From Octopus sinensis (lineage: Eukaryota), in contig NC_042998.1 of the NCBI RefSeq assembly GCF_006345805.1, positions 18,910,001 through 18,974,000 on the forward strand: a stretch of 64,000 nucleotides of DNA. Direction: 5' to 3'. Below the pieces are notes generated by a model, which saw nothing but the letters and a program-made list of their open reading frames with translations, had not been told where the DNA came from and did no database searches. Positions 12,063 to 24,870 of this stretch are shown here, one piece after another. Each line of letters begins with the position of its first letter. Position 1 is the first letter of the stretch. The position numbers and the translations under genes are program-made.

Positions 12063-13385
12063 AAAAGTATTATAAATAATAATTTATACCAGTGGTTAGC
12101 ATGCACAAAACAGTCAGAAGACATAAATATTTTTTATAATATATACGAGTGTATAAAAATTTATACACGGTGAGAAGACCACTATTTGGATACCAAGCCA
12201 CGAAAAAGCATTCCTATTAATGCCACATTGACTGTAATCCAGCAGGATACCTGTAAGAATAAAACTCTCAGTTAACTCTATACCACGGAGTTTCCTCAGT
12301 CCTGATCAAATAAATCAATTTATTAGATTAATTAATTGATGGATTAACCATCCGTGGCTCCTCACTAGAATCACTAGAAAATATATAATTATGAAATTCG
12401 AATACGTACCGAAAACACGAAGTAAACACGTGCATATTTAGTTCCATCTTTATGCATTAATAATTTATATCGCATGTCCTCAACGAACGTGCCGAGTCAG
12501 AATAGTACAGCAATGAATAAACTCAAGCATGAATTATCTGGCCCAGAAACTGAAATATTTAAAAATTTAAATTCAAGGGTACAAATTATTAAACATATTA
12601 ATTTATATCAGTGGTTAGCACGAGTAAAAAAATTCAAAAGACGAAAATATTTTTATATATATATGAGTGCATAAAATTTTATACATGGGGGAAAGACCAC
12701 AGTGTGGAACTCGTACATGCTAAAGAGAACAATTAGATATATTTAAATACATAAATACAAGTGTAAAAATTATTAAAAGTAATAGTTTATTCCGATGGTT
12801 AGCATGCGTCTTTTACTAAGTCCACAGTGGTCTTCTCTCCTATATTTTTTATACCATCATATACATTATAAAAATACTTATGTCTTTTGACATTTTTTGT
12901 GCATGCTGACCACTGGTATAACTTGTTAATTTTAATAATTTTTACCCTTGTATTTATTTATTTAAATATTTCAATTCTTTTGCCAGATAATTCACGGTTG
13001 AATTTATTCACTGCTGTACTATTCTGACTCGGCAATTAGTAGAGGATATTCGATTTGAATTCTTAATGCATAAAAATGGAAGTAAATGAACACGAGTTTA
13101 CTTTGTGTTGTCGGTACGTATTCCAGTTTCATAATTATATATTTTCAAGCGACTCTAATGACGAGACACAGATGGTCAACTCATCAACGAATTAACTAAT
13201 GTATGGATTTATTTGATCATTAATGCAGAAACTCCGGGGTATAAAGTTAACTTAGAATTTAATTCTTTGGAGTGTCCTGCTAGTTTACAATCAATGTTCC
13301 ATAAATAACAATGCTTTTCCGTGGGTTGGGATCTGACTGCCCTCTTTAGCATATAAGAATCCACATAGTGGACTTCTCTCCGCGA
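12058..13385. repeat. Diverged ~518-bp tandem unit with an inverted half
   Basis: agggta..aa...cagtggttagca recurs at ~12058 and ~12576. 12820-13385 is a diverged reverse complement of the same unit. Confidence 0.75.
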
Positions 13386-13524
13386 ATAATTTTTTATACA
13401 CCCATATATATATATATATATATATAACATTATTATTACAATTTGGGATTTTATCAATAGAACCGCAACTCCTCTTTCAGAACAAACATATTTTCTTAGA
13501 ATTTTGTAATTTTAAATATATATT

Positions 13525-13756
13525 TATTTCATTACTACCCACAAGGGGCTAAAAACAGAGGGGCAAACAAGGACAGACAAACGGATTAAGTCAATTACAT
13601 CGACCCCTGTGCGTAAGTGGTACTTAATTTATCGATCCCGAAAGGATGAAAGGCAAAGTCGACCTCGACGGAATTTGAACTCAGAACGTAACGGCAGACG
13701 AAATACGGCTACGCATTTCGCCCGGCGTGCTAACGTTTCTGCCAGCTCGCCGCCTT
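13525..13756 (-). mobile_element. tRNA-derived SINE family B, full length
   Basis: Minus strand: aaggcggcgagctggcagaaacgttagc...gagttcaaattcc...ttcatcctttcgggatcgataaattaagtacc...ccccttgtgggtagtaatgaaata. Confidence 0.88.
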
Positions 13757-14321
13757 AAATATTTTAAATATATATTTTAAATATATATTAGTGAGTTATA
13801 TATTTTTATTACATTTTTATTCACATTCTTATTTTTCTATTGAATATATCTTAAAATATGTACTTTTAACGTTGATCCGTTGATACTAATAACAATAAGA
13901 TAAATAGCCTGAGGACGTACTGGTGGATTTATGTATTAGGTATCGCCTGGAGAAACACACCACCAGCGCAGAAACACGTCTAGCGTTGATTAAAAAAAAA
14001 CTTCTTTCCCCAAAGACTAATAACAGGTAAGGTATATATATGTTTTTCAAATATTTTTTAAATAATTTCTTTAAATAATTTTGTTGTACTCTATAGTAGG
14101 TTTTAAAATGCTTATATTATATTGGATATAACTTTCTATGTGTACTCCCGAAAATAAGATTTCCTGAAATAGGAGTGGCGGTTCTATTGGTAAAATCCCA
14201 AATTCGTAATAATATTATAAATGATACCGTTTACATTGCATTAGTAAAGTGTAAAATAGTAAATATTCTGATAACCAGGAATACTTTTATGCCCAAAGTT
14301 TTTAAAAAAGTACTCACAAAT

Positions 14322-14401
<80 letters not shown>

Positions 14402-14410
14402 TATATATAT

Positions 14411-14609
14411 GCCGTGCGTATCGTTGGTGACTTTCTTTCTCCGCCTTCTTTTTCTTGGACCTTTCCTATTTCTATGTTTGTGACGAAGAGCTCCGCTCGA
14501 AACGTTATATCCTCCTTCTTTCTTTTCTCTCCTGAGCGTCCAATAACACTATACTTGTTCCACGTACTGGAATAGTGTTTTCTCTTTGTGCTTTCATGTT
14601 TGGATTAAC

Positions 14610-14610
<1 letters not shown>
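14411..14610 (+). mobile_element. P1 mini-element (HHR core degenerate, GTGACGA, 14476-14508)
   Basis: Homology to other P1 copies; (TA)n on both sides. Confidence 0.72.
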
Positions 14611-14684
<74 letters not shown>

Positions 14685-14696
14685 TTATATATACAT

Positions 14697-14890
14697 AGTC
14701 AATCCAAACATGAACACGGAAGAGAAAACAACAACGCGAGGACATGGAATAAGTACAGTGTTTATTGGACGCTCAGGAAAGAACAGAAAAGAAAGAGGAT
14801 TTCACACGTTTCGAGCGGAGCTCTTCGTCAGAAATATAGAAAACGTCCAAAGAAGGGAAGACGGAGAAAAGAAATCGTCAGCGATACACA
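14697..14890 (-). mobile_element. P1 mini-element, inverted relative to 14411 (HHR 14799-14835 with intact core but GUG site)
   Basis: Minus strand: tatttCTGACGAagagctccgctcGAAACGTG. Confidence 0.72.
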
Positions 14891-14989
14891 CACGTTTATA
14901 TATATATATGTATGACTCTGAGTGTGTCCGTCTAATACTACTACTACCCTCACAACCCCCACCAACACCTACACCGTTACTACTATTTC

Positions 14990-14991
<2 letters not shown>

Positions 14992-15058
<67 letters not shown>
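14992..15058. repeat. (TAG)n microsatellite
   Basis: Direct reading. Confidence 0.95.
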
Positions 15059-15949
15059 AAGGAAGAGGAGAAGGAAGAGGATGTATTGGAAATTATATTG
15101 CAGAGATAGAATCTATAGCAGTAGAAACATAAACAGCATTCACAATAGTAAGGTGAAAATTTAATGAAATATACTAGATGTATATTTACATGTGACTGTG
15201 CGCATTTCTAAGCATCTGTGTGAGTGTTTTGGCGTATGTTTGTATATAAAATGCACATAACTGTCATTGACCATTACTAATTCAGAAGAAAAAGAACTAA
15301 TAAAAGATTTTTATGAGTATGTTTTGTGCGTGAGTGATACTAGGTGTACGTAAATACGGTTCTGGACGAAATACTAGATGTATAAATGTCCTTGAGAATA
15401 AATAATTTTAAAACATGAGAAAAACATTGGTAATATATAATGGAAACTAATGGAGAATATACATATGTTTTCAATTGCATGATATGTTGCACGGAAGAAG
15501 CATATAATAAAAAAAAGTGAACTACTCAGATTCTAGTTTAATATGGGACAGAGAGTGTAGGTGTGGCTGGGGGTAACAAAACGCGAAAGAGAAAAGAATA
15601 GAGTAGCGTAGAGAAGAGAAGAGATATTAGAAGAGAGACGATTAGAAATAGATATTATATTTTTGCGTGAGTGAAAACAAGTTATGAGTACACGCAACCT
15701 GCACCACACACGTGGACACATACACACACACACACACACAGACGCATACGCACGCACGCACACATGTGAGGTTTATATGTATGTATATATGCATATGTAA
15801 TACACGTATACATTTATATAACTATGTATGTGTGTTTATAGTAATTTCACTTCATCTCTGAATATGGATAAGCATCAGTTTTCAGAAAAAGAAATCACCC
15901 GATTCACACATTACAGACACAATCTGTAGGTGGAACAAGAATTTGCAAG

Positions 15950-16560
15950 ACTTTTCTCAGGTTTAAAATGTGACATTGTTTTCCTTGGAGGACATACGTG
16001 CTGCTACTCAGATTTTTTGACAATGTTTACTGTAAGAATCCCATTGATGTTCACACTGCCTTCTTGTTGTGATGATGATCCTTAGGTGTCATGAAAAATA
16101 CAAGAGGGCATATAAACTTCACCAATATGAATGACAATACACAACGATTAAAAGCATTGGTAAGGTCCACGAATACTTGATACCGAATTCAGTTGGTTTC
16201 GCCATACGTTCGTGGGGTAAAAACGTAATGTCTATAATATCCCGTCCTGACTTGATTCATATTACGCTATGATGGTGACAAGAGGACAGATCTAATTTGT
16301 CAGACTTGAAGTAGGGGAAAGCTTTAAGCATTTCACAAGAGATGGTACAGTGGTTGCGGATATGGCTCTCAGTTATCTGAATACTAATGTTGCTTTTGAG
16401 AAACTCTAGAAGCGGGATCTGGTTAGATCATGTTATCTCTGTGTATGAGAATCTACCTATATCTGTACACAAAGTAGACAGCCTACTGGCATCATATCAA
16501 GTAGCTGGAGAGGTTTCATCAGTATCGTATCCGACAAACACCAAGTGATCCTCTTACACA
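15950..16560 (-). pseudogene. Highly decayed LINE reverse transcriptase fragment (RTE-like)
   Basis: Minus-strand translation near 16148-16177 is VFVDLTNAFN (FVDLTKAFD motif), followed by a FHD...VNING-like segment. Many stops. Confidence 0.6.
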
Positions 16561-16784
16561 CACACAGACACAAACTGACAAGCGCGTGCGGGTGCACATG
16601 TACGCATACATCGCAACACACATTCACATACTCATACTGGAAAATTTTCTGTGACCTCGAAATAAAGGGTTGTTAGCCTTGATTAGACAAATTGATGAAT
16701 GAGATTAAGTCAAAACTTAGAAGTTATTCCCAAATATTCTTTGTAAACTTACTATGTACCCTACCGTATCATGCACAAACATAC

Positions 16785-16905
16785 ACGGAAAAGCGTAGGC
16801 TCGAAACGTTAAAGACAATTTCACTTCCCGAGCGTTTTACTAATACATCTCTTTCTTGTCTACACCACCTGTCTTCGTCTTTTTGTCTTTTATTTTGTGA
16901 ATTCG
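16785..16905 (+). mobile_element. Family P2 mini-element (pLTR-like), HHR core lost
   Basis: gcgtaggctcgaaacgttaaagac...acttcccgagcgtt...tacaccacctgt...gtgaattc matches 50095-50248. Confidence 0.65.
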
Positions 16906-17051
16906 CTCTCTCTCTCTATATATATATATAGCTATACATATATACATATATAAATATATATACATACATATATATATATATATATATACATATACATAAA
17001 TATATATATACATATATATATATACATATATATACATATACATATATATAT

Positions 17052-17258
17052 GTGACGCGTGTGTACCGTTGGCGATTTTTTTCCCTCTGGCTTCCCTTCT
17101 CTGGATCTCTCGTTCTCCTATGTTTCCGACGAAGAGCTCCGCTCGAAACGTTAAACTCTCCTTCTTTCCTTCCTTCCTGAGCGTCCAATAATACTATATT
17201 TGTTCCACGTCCTCGCGTTGTTGTGTTTTCTCTTTGTATTTTCATGTTTGGATTAACT
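17052..17258 (+). mobile_element. P1 mini-element, full length
   Basis: Homology to other P1 copies; (TA)n flanks. Confidence 0.78.
17122..17156 (+). ncRNA. Minimal hammerhead-like motif (P1, U4C)
   Basis: gttt-CCGACGA-a-gagc-tcc-gctc-GAAACGTT-aaac; 4-bp stem I. Confidence 0.62.
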
Positions 17259-17292
17259 TTATATATATATATATATATATAATATATATATA

Positions 17293-17336
<44 letters not shown>

Positions 17337-17680
17337 TCATATATATTACCTTCGAAATTGCGGAGTAGATGAAAGAGGGACAACTGAAGAAGGGGAATAT
17401 TCCTTGTGCTGTATGTCTTGTACTCTGGTTTTTCGTTGGTTGAAAAATAGTTAGTTTCCATGTTTTTATTTTTGTTCTCGTTTCTCAATGTGGTCAACGT
17501 TTTTTTTTATGTCCTACACCTATATATGCATTTATATATTCATATATACACAGGTATGTACATATATGTATGTATATATGCATATATTTATATATTTTTC
17601 ATATTATTATCTGATCGAACGACACGTATCATTTTCCAAGTAAGTTTTATCTCCCCCACCTCTCTCTCTCCCTCTCGCTA

Positions 17681-17710
<30 letters not shown>

Positions 17711-17712
<2 letters not shown>

Positions 17713-18397
17713 ATAGAAATATTAAAATTACTAAGTCTCTCTAAAAGAGAACAGCGGCAGCGTTCCCGGAAAATAATAGTTATCGCCATACTAATATGGC
17801 ATTCTTATGAAAATAAGAATAAAGCTGTCCGCTTATTAGCTCCATGAGGCCATGGCCTTAAGTTAGCTATTTGATACACAAACTGTATCCATATAACCTT
17901 CGAACAAGGGAGGTCAGTCGCTCCACACTACTTGACCGGCAGCTACAGACGCGTTTCGGGGTATTGCCCCTTTTCAATGCAGCGTAGCCAGACCAGTAGG
18001 TGTCGCTTCTGACAATCTCTGTTCGATGGTTTTATTTACCTAGTTTCGGTGGAATACATCCACTTGTTTTCAATAATAGAAATATTAAAATTACTAAGTC
18101 TCTCTAAAAGAGAACAGCGGCAGCGTTCCCGGAAAATAATAGTTATCGCCATACTAATATGGCATTCTTATAAAAATAAGAATAAAGCTGTCCGCTTATT
18201 AGCTCCATGAGGCCATCGCCTTAAGTTAGCTATTTGATACACAAACTGTATCCATATAACCTTCGAAGGTTATATGGATACAGTTTGTGTATCAAATAGC
18301 TAACTTAAGGCGATGGCCTCATGGAGCCAATAAGCGGACAACTTTATTCTTATTTTTATAAGAATGCCATATTAGTATGGCGATAAGTATTATTTTC
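17711..18397. repeat. 363-bp direct duplication ending in a near-perfect palindrome (133-bp arms, no spacer)
   Basis: 17711 and 18074 start identically. 18132-18264 pairs with 18265-18397, centred on ccttc|gaagg. (TA)n on both sides. Confidence 0.92.
17942..17988 (-). ncRNA. Degenerate Penelope-type hammerhead (family P6)
   Basis: Minus strand: tgca-TTGAAAA-gggg-caata-cccc-GAAACGCGTC-tgta. Core has C3U and G8A changes. Confidence 0.5.
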
Positions 18398-18452
18398 AGA
18401 TATATATATATATATATATATAATATATATATATATATATTATATATATATA

Positions 18453-18505
<53 letters not shown>

Positions 18506-20481
18506 ATATATATATATGGAAATTGTTTGCTCCTCTGTAATTTCAATTTTGAATTTACAATTGTAATTATAACATTTTGCAACACACGCATTATGTTGCT
18601 ACAACTAACAAATAATCTTATCGGGATGTTCCATGTACTCCTTAGTTACTCTTGAGAATGAGTGGTTGATTGATGCAAATTTATGGATTTAGAGTTTGTC
18701 CTATTTAATATCTAAAATACTAATATTCTGCACTTTTGCGCGCATCACCATCAGATATGCTTTTCACTCATTTCTTTGGCAAATAATATCTTGAAAACCT
18801 TTGACTTCAAACACATTATATTTTCTATTTTCTGCAAAGAAATTTCAGAAATATTTGTTTTGAATATTTGAATAACAATAAATAATTCAGATAAATTTTC
18901 CGATGTATCAACTGTATATGATTTATTTATTGTATGTGATGTATTTCAACGCTTTTGTTACATTATTCAAAAGATAGTGCTTATCAACTTTCGCTCTAAG
19001 TTTTGGTTCTGGAAAGGTTTAGTCATTCATTTTGGTGGAACTACCTAACTATGCTTGCTTTTGTTGCATGTACATATTTTCTTAAAATAGTTGGATGGAA
19101 GATCTCTAAAAAATATCAATATAGTTCGATAATGTTGCTGATATCTGTGTGGTGTCACCAGTGAAGTGAGTATAAGCTGCACATATGTCGTAACACTAAA
19201 TAATGTCGTAGACAATTTCATCCAAATTCTGAAGAAAATTCTCATTTACAATATTTTAGAAAGCAAAATAGGTAAACTTGAGTTAAATTAAGATTAAGTA
19301 GCTTGATTGAAAATGCTACAAGCTGGAAAGCTGTATCTTAGACAAGAATACACAACGTAATTTATCATTAATGCAAACCTAGAAATAATAGCCGGTCGCG
19401 TGTGATGAAGTTGAGTAAGACAATAGCTTTTCTATTTTGCATTTTGTCTTTTTTGTGTTATCATCTTTGCATATGTTTATATACATTACCGCTTTGCAGT
19501 TTTGAAACGAGTGTCTTCAGCTCATTGCTTTGACTGGCCTATAATTCTTTAAAGAAGGATCTTCAGCTAAGAACGATTTTCTGCTTTGTTTCTATTGATA
19601 CCAGCAGTCTCTATGGAAACTCGCTAGATATTTTGAAATATAGAAGATTAAGTGGACTTTATGTTTAGTTCCCTCTTCCAATTATTTGACTAAAAATGAC
19701 ATCTCCGGAGATGCTACCGAAGATGACTATTACTTTTTCTTTAGTTTCGTTTTGCTGCTGGGAGGTTTCACTTCTATGAGAGACCACCATTTCAGAAATG
19801 CTTTTGACAAATATTTTATTTACGGATATATAAGTAGAACATGAAAGTTTAACCATCAATAATGGGTAATATAAAAACGACAACCTGGTTATATTTAATG
19901 ATCAAAACGAATGAGTTACTACTTTACAATAGGTCCTTCTAAATATATATTTTAATTTCTCAATAGTATCATCCATTTAAGTTTAAAAATTAAAGTGAAG
20001 AATTAAGGTATTCATTATAAATCCTTATATGTCGATATTAGTTGGCATGAATTCTTAAAATGTGTATGTTTTGATATTTACAATTATTGGAGTTATAAAA
20101 CTCAAGCAGAATACTTATGTAGGAGGCTTTTTGAAAGTATGAGTTTTCTCTGCGCGTTTTCAAGGCACCGTGAAAGTGTAACACAATTTTGAAAAAGTTA
20201 CTTTTATCAATACAAAATACTTAGTCCATCCTAAATTTGCTGTTAATTGTTCCACCTCATTGCAGCTAACGTTTGATCGACTCTGATACGTATATCTATT
20301 TGTCTGAGATGCAGAAAAAAAAACAGAGTTATGAATTGACCGCTTATTTTAGACTGCTTATAATATGCTGAATTTCGTATCTATATACATATAACTGTTT
20401 AATGGACGGTTGACAGATCATTAAATATGAAGATCGTAAGGTATCTACTAACTGGATTATGAAACTATTATAATACATTGT

Positions 20482-20740
20482 TTGTCCCTTCTCGAGCCAC
20501 GCCTGGCTCATAAGGGCCGGTTTCCCAGATTCGTTGGCGTATAGGTTCCCCACCTGGACGGAACGCGGCTCCGTCGCAGGTGAGCTGCAAGATGCAGGAG
20601 GAAAGAGTGAGAGAAAGTTGTCGCAAAAGGAGCTTAGGTGCTTCGCTCATAAACACACACTTCACCCAGTCTGAGATTCTAACCCGCGATCCCTTGACCG
20701 CGAGTCTGCTGCTCTATCTCCTAGGTCATGTGCCTCCACA
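20482..20740 (-). mobile_element. tRNA-derived SINE family C
   Basis: Minus-strand head gtggaggcacatgacctaggagatagagcagcagactcgcggtcaagggatcgcgggttagaatc, shared with 22793-22860. Confidence 0.72.
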
Positions 20741-20745
20741 TAATA

Positions 20746-20787
<42 letters not shown>

Positions 20788-21546
20788 TAATTTATTGTAG
20801 TTCTACTGATAACACCTGTAACATAACGTAACAGCATTTCATCACTGTTTGCCAGGATTACTGAAGTCATTTCGAGTTAAATTACATCAAGCATAAAGAA
20901 ATATAATTCTTGGGAAGTGAAAAGAAAATTAACATAGACGTAGAGTAGCGAACATAAGCACTAGTCATGATTGATTGCAATGCTAGAATTTTAAATATAC
21001 TTTAAGAGGAGTTTATTATTATGTACATCACAATGAAAATCTAAACAAATGGAAATTTTGTAAGCGACAATCTAAAGATTTGAAGACTGTATAATTTATA
21101 GATGTATATTTACAGTGGATATTTTCGCTATTAAAATATTTATGAGTTTATCTTAAAATGATTGTTCGAGTTTAGACGAGATGGTGTAAATGAGATGATT
21201 AATGAAAATGTTTATGTGAATAGATATATAAAAGTTGGCATCTATACAACAGTATTGATATATGTCTATCTGCAAGCACAATATAGAAGAGGTTTCGTAT
21301 GTATAGCCACGTATGTGGAATGATGTAATGAAATGTAATAATTAAAGATACACAGATTTAACTACATAACGATCTTCGAATAACAAATTCTGTTTAAATG
21401 TGTTCGCAGTGAATAATATATGATCGGTTGTTCTAATCACTTCAATGAATTAGAAGAGGAAAAATACTTCTACAAAATTGTAATGTGTAGGTGTAAATCC
21501 ATATATCTGTGTGTGTACTATGTATGTGTGTGTATGTATGTAAGAG

Positions 21547-21582
<36 letters not shown>

Positions 21583-21589
21583 CATGTAC

Positions 21590-21653
<64 letters not shown>

Positions 21654-21656
21654 TAT

Positions 21657-21738
<82 letters not shown>

Positions 21739-21744
<6 letters not shown>

Positions 21745-22219
21745 ATTGAAGAAATGGAGTTGAACGAAGATTGAACAGAAATCGTTTTATTGCATTCTAC
21801 ACGTGTTTCGAAAGGCACAATTTACCAAATTCCGATTGAATAATGAGACCATATTGTGTCTTTCTCTTCAGGAAGAAATAGGTCACAAAGAACATCTACG
21901 CACCCCGTGCCCTCACCCACCGGAATGACCGCTGCCTGACCCGTTAAAATCTTCAACGCACCCACCACCCGTTTTCAACATACATTGATAAGCAGTTTGG
22001 CCATGGGCTCTTAGGAGCCTCGTTCGATTTGTTTTGCTCCGCCTCTGTTCTGTTTTTGTTTTTTCCAACGGATTTCCTATTTCTTCCTGAAGAGAAAGAC
22101 ACAATATGGTCTCATTATTCAATCGGAATTTGGTAAATTGTGCCTTTCGAAACACGTGTAGAATGCAATAAAACGATTTCTGTTCAATCTTCGTTCAACT
22201 CCATTTCTTCAATTCACTA
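21739..22219. repeat. Perfect inverted repeat, 144-bp arms, 193-bp spacer
   Basis: 21739-21882 is the reverse complement of 22076-22219; (TA)n on the left. Confidence 0.93.
22084..22163 (+). ncRNA. Hammerhead ribozyme with canonical core and long stem II (family P5); mirror copy at 21795-21874(-)
   Basis: ttc-CTGAAGA-gaaag-a-cacaat-[~31-nt loop]-attgtg-c-ctttc-GAA-ACACGTGT-A-gaa. Canonical G10.1-C11.1 pair and GUA site. Confidence 0.75.
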
Positions 22220-22792
22220 ATAATATTAAAATTCAATTATCCGCACCAACGCACGGTTGCAACACCATATGGTTGTACCTCCAACCGTGCTGTCTTCTGC
22301 TGTGATTTTTGCTACCAAGGTATCGGTTAAACTTTTGATTAATCTGCAACAAGATTATTCATCTTTCTATTTCACAAAATATATATATATATATATATAT
22401 TGTTCTGCTGATAAATGCTTCCTCTTACACTCCCTTTTCTGTATTAAGTTTTCCATATATATATAAGTATATATATATATATAGTACAAATTTACATTAT
22501 GAATGAACAACAAGTAGGTGTATTAGCTTAACGCGCGGAAAGAATGGCTGGCTCCTTGACGTTTCCTGCCTATACTCTTCGACACAAAGGATTAGGAGAG
22601 AAAAACTGGAACGAGAACGGAAAAAAATGAACGGAGGAGAATAAACTGTGAAGGTATGAGGGAAAGTGGGTAGGGGTGACGGTAGTGAGGGCTTGGCAGG
22701 TATTGGGTGCTAGTGTACGCGGAGCGGAAAGGATGCGTGTGTGTGTGAATGCATGGTCATGCGTGTAGCTGTAGGAGTGTGCATAATGGTGC

Positions 22793-22860
22793 GTGTTCGA
22801 AACCGCGATCCCACGACCGCGTGTCCGCTGCCCTAACCACTGGGCTCCTGCGCCTCCACG
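22793..22860 (-). mobile_element. tRNA-like head of SINE family C
   Basis: Minus strand: gtggaggcgcaggagcccagtggttagggcagcggacacgcggtcgtgggatcgcggtttcgaa, with A- and B-box-like motifs. Confidence 0.7.
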
Positions 22861-22902
22861 TACACACACACATATCTATCTATAAATATATCTATCTATC
22901 TA

Positions 22903-22946
<44 letters not shown>

Positions 22947-23034
22947 CATACATACATACATACATACATACATACACACACAGACACACACACATATATA
23001 TATATATGTGTGTGTGTATGTATAGAAATTAAAT

Positions 23035-23332
23035 ATAAAATATAAAATGGGACAAGAACGCAAAAACACAAAGAGATGATACAAAAAAACAGACGGGTCA
23101 TTCGAAGCCTCTAATCTTCAGTCAGGATCCGGATCATCTTAGCAATGTCGGCTGATTACTCCTGATATCACTCCGATCACGGCCAGCCCCAAAGAAAAAC
23201 TAAACTACGGGCATTAGATTTCTTGGAAAGAGGAACTAATGTATACGAAACAAGGACAGGAAGCCACACGAATATAAATACAAGAAACAAAAAATAGAAC
23301 TAAAAAACAAGAATAGTAATAACAGGATAAAA
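23035..23332 (-). mobile_element. Interspersed repeat adjacent to dinucleotide tracts (pLTR-like), shared with 44295-44590(+)
   Basis: gggacaagaacgca...cagacgggtcattcgaagcctctaatcttcagtc is the reverse complement of the 44295-44590 segment. A short piece also occurs at ~55085. Confidence 0.65.
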
Positions 23333-24261
23333 CAGCGGGTGTCTTACGACTTCAGACAATTTTTAACTTAACTTGGCTGGCGTATTTGAAAAATGCCTTT
23401 GCAGCAAACGAAAACAACAGTGTTAACATGGCAGCGGTCAAGCCGAAAAGACAAGTTTGAAGGCGGTCACGTAAAAACGGAAGAGAGATAAAGAAAAGCA
23501 GGGGTCAATGAATCAAAGAGAGAGGGAAAGAAACGGACGAAGGCACCAAGGGGGGGGGAGAAGGAAGGAATTAAAGAGGGGAGAAGAAACAGGATTGGCT
23601 TAGCAATAGAAATAATGGTGCAAAGTAAGAAAGACAGAAACATGTGATAGAGTGGGGGAAGAATCAGAGGCAAGGAAAGAGAAAGACACAGACTATAGAG
23701 AAAGTGTGTGTAAAGACGTCGTACAAGGTGGAATGTGCATACATAGGAGATAGGGGTACATATATATATATATATATATATGAAATATAAATTAAATTAG
23801 AAATAAAACCACTATTAGGCAAATCAAACAGTGAAAAACATAAACCAAAACATAGAAATAAAATTAATTCATATACAATACAAAATATATAAAATATAAA
23901 ATTCAAAATTTAAATAATTTAAATTTAAAGTTAAAAATTTAAAATTATTAATGTATTCATAAATTTATATATATATAAACTCGGAACATAAAGACGAATG
24001 AAATGCCGCTAAGCATTTTGCTCGGCGTTCTAACTATTCTGCCAGAACCAAAATATGTTATGTGACTGATAATTGTAAACTGAGTCGCACAGACGATTGC
24101 TACATCGAAATATTGCGATCTACGGTCATGTAAATAGATGTAATGATATTGATGCAGTATTGAAGTAATATTTCTTAAGTTTGTTAGTTGGAATACTTTT
24201 GTTTTAAATATCCAGTTTGAAATAGCCCCAACACTACGCGAGTTAAAGAACGGAGATTTCT

Positions 24262-24497
24262 TATTTATTTATTGCCCACAAGGGGCTAAACATAGAGGGA
24301 ACAAACAAGGACAGACAAACGGATTAAGTCGATTGTATCGACCCCAGTGCGTAATTGGTACTTAATTTATCGACCCCGAAATGATGAAAGGCCAAGTCGA
24401 CCTCGGCGGAATTTGAACTCAGAACGTAACGGCAGACGAAATACTGCTAAGCATTTCGCCCGGTGTGCTAACGTTTCTGCAAGCTCGCCGCTATAAA
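24262..24497 (-). mobile_element. SINE family B with 13-bp TSD
   Basis: Flanked by aacggagatttct at 24249-24261 and 24498-24510. Confidence 0.9.
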
Positions 24498-24689
24498 AAC
24501 GGAGATTTCTATGTGACAAATCCTAGTCAAGATCATAAAAGAAAAAATAATAGAGTATGTGGGAGAAACGTCTCACCTGTAGTCAATTATAATGAGGCTG
24601 GCTACAGGTTTCCTTACGATAACGTTACTCATCTGTGCTATGTGAGGCATTCATTGGAATATCGTTTCTGATTGATATGTCTTCCACAA

Positions 24690-24870
24690 TTAAGTAATTA
24701 TAATTTAAATTGTTGGTACAATGTCAGCAATTTCGGGGGAGTGGGTCAGTTGTTTGCATTGATCCCAGTGCTCAACTGATAATTATTTTATCGACTCGAA
24801 AGGTTCAAAATCAAAGTTTATGTCGGTAGAATTTGAAGTCAGAATGTAAAGCGTATTAACGATACTGCCA
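24690..24870 (-). mobile_element. Old SINE-B-related fragment
   Basis: Degenerate gatcccagtgctcaactg...ttatcgac..gaaagg...agaatttgaagtcagaa. Confidence 0.55.

Noticed and set aside
17385-17415. CTGAAGA plus a ggaatattcc hairpin
   Set aside because: Half a hammerhead only; the GAAA/stem III side is missing.
22793-22860. Possible tRNA gene
   Set aside because: It matches the SINE-C head at 20482-20740 and I could not fold a full cloverleaf with an acceptor stem.
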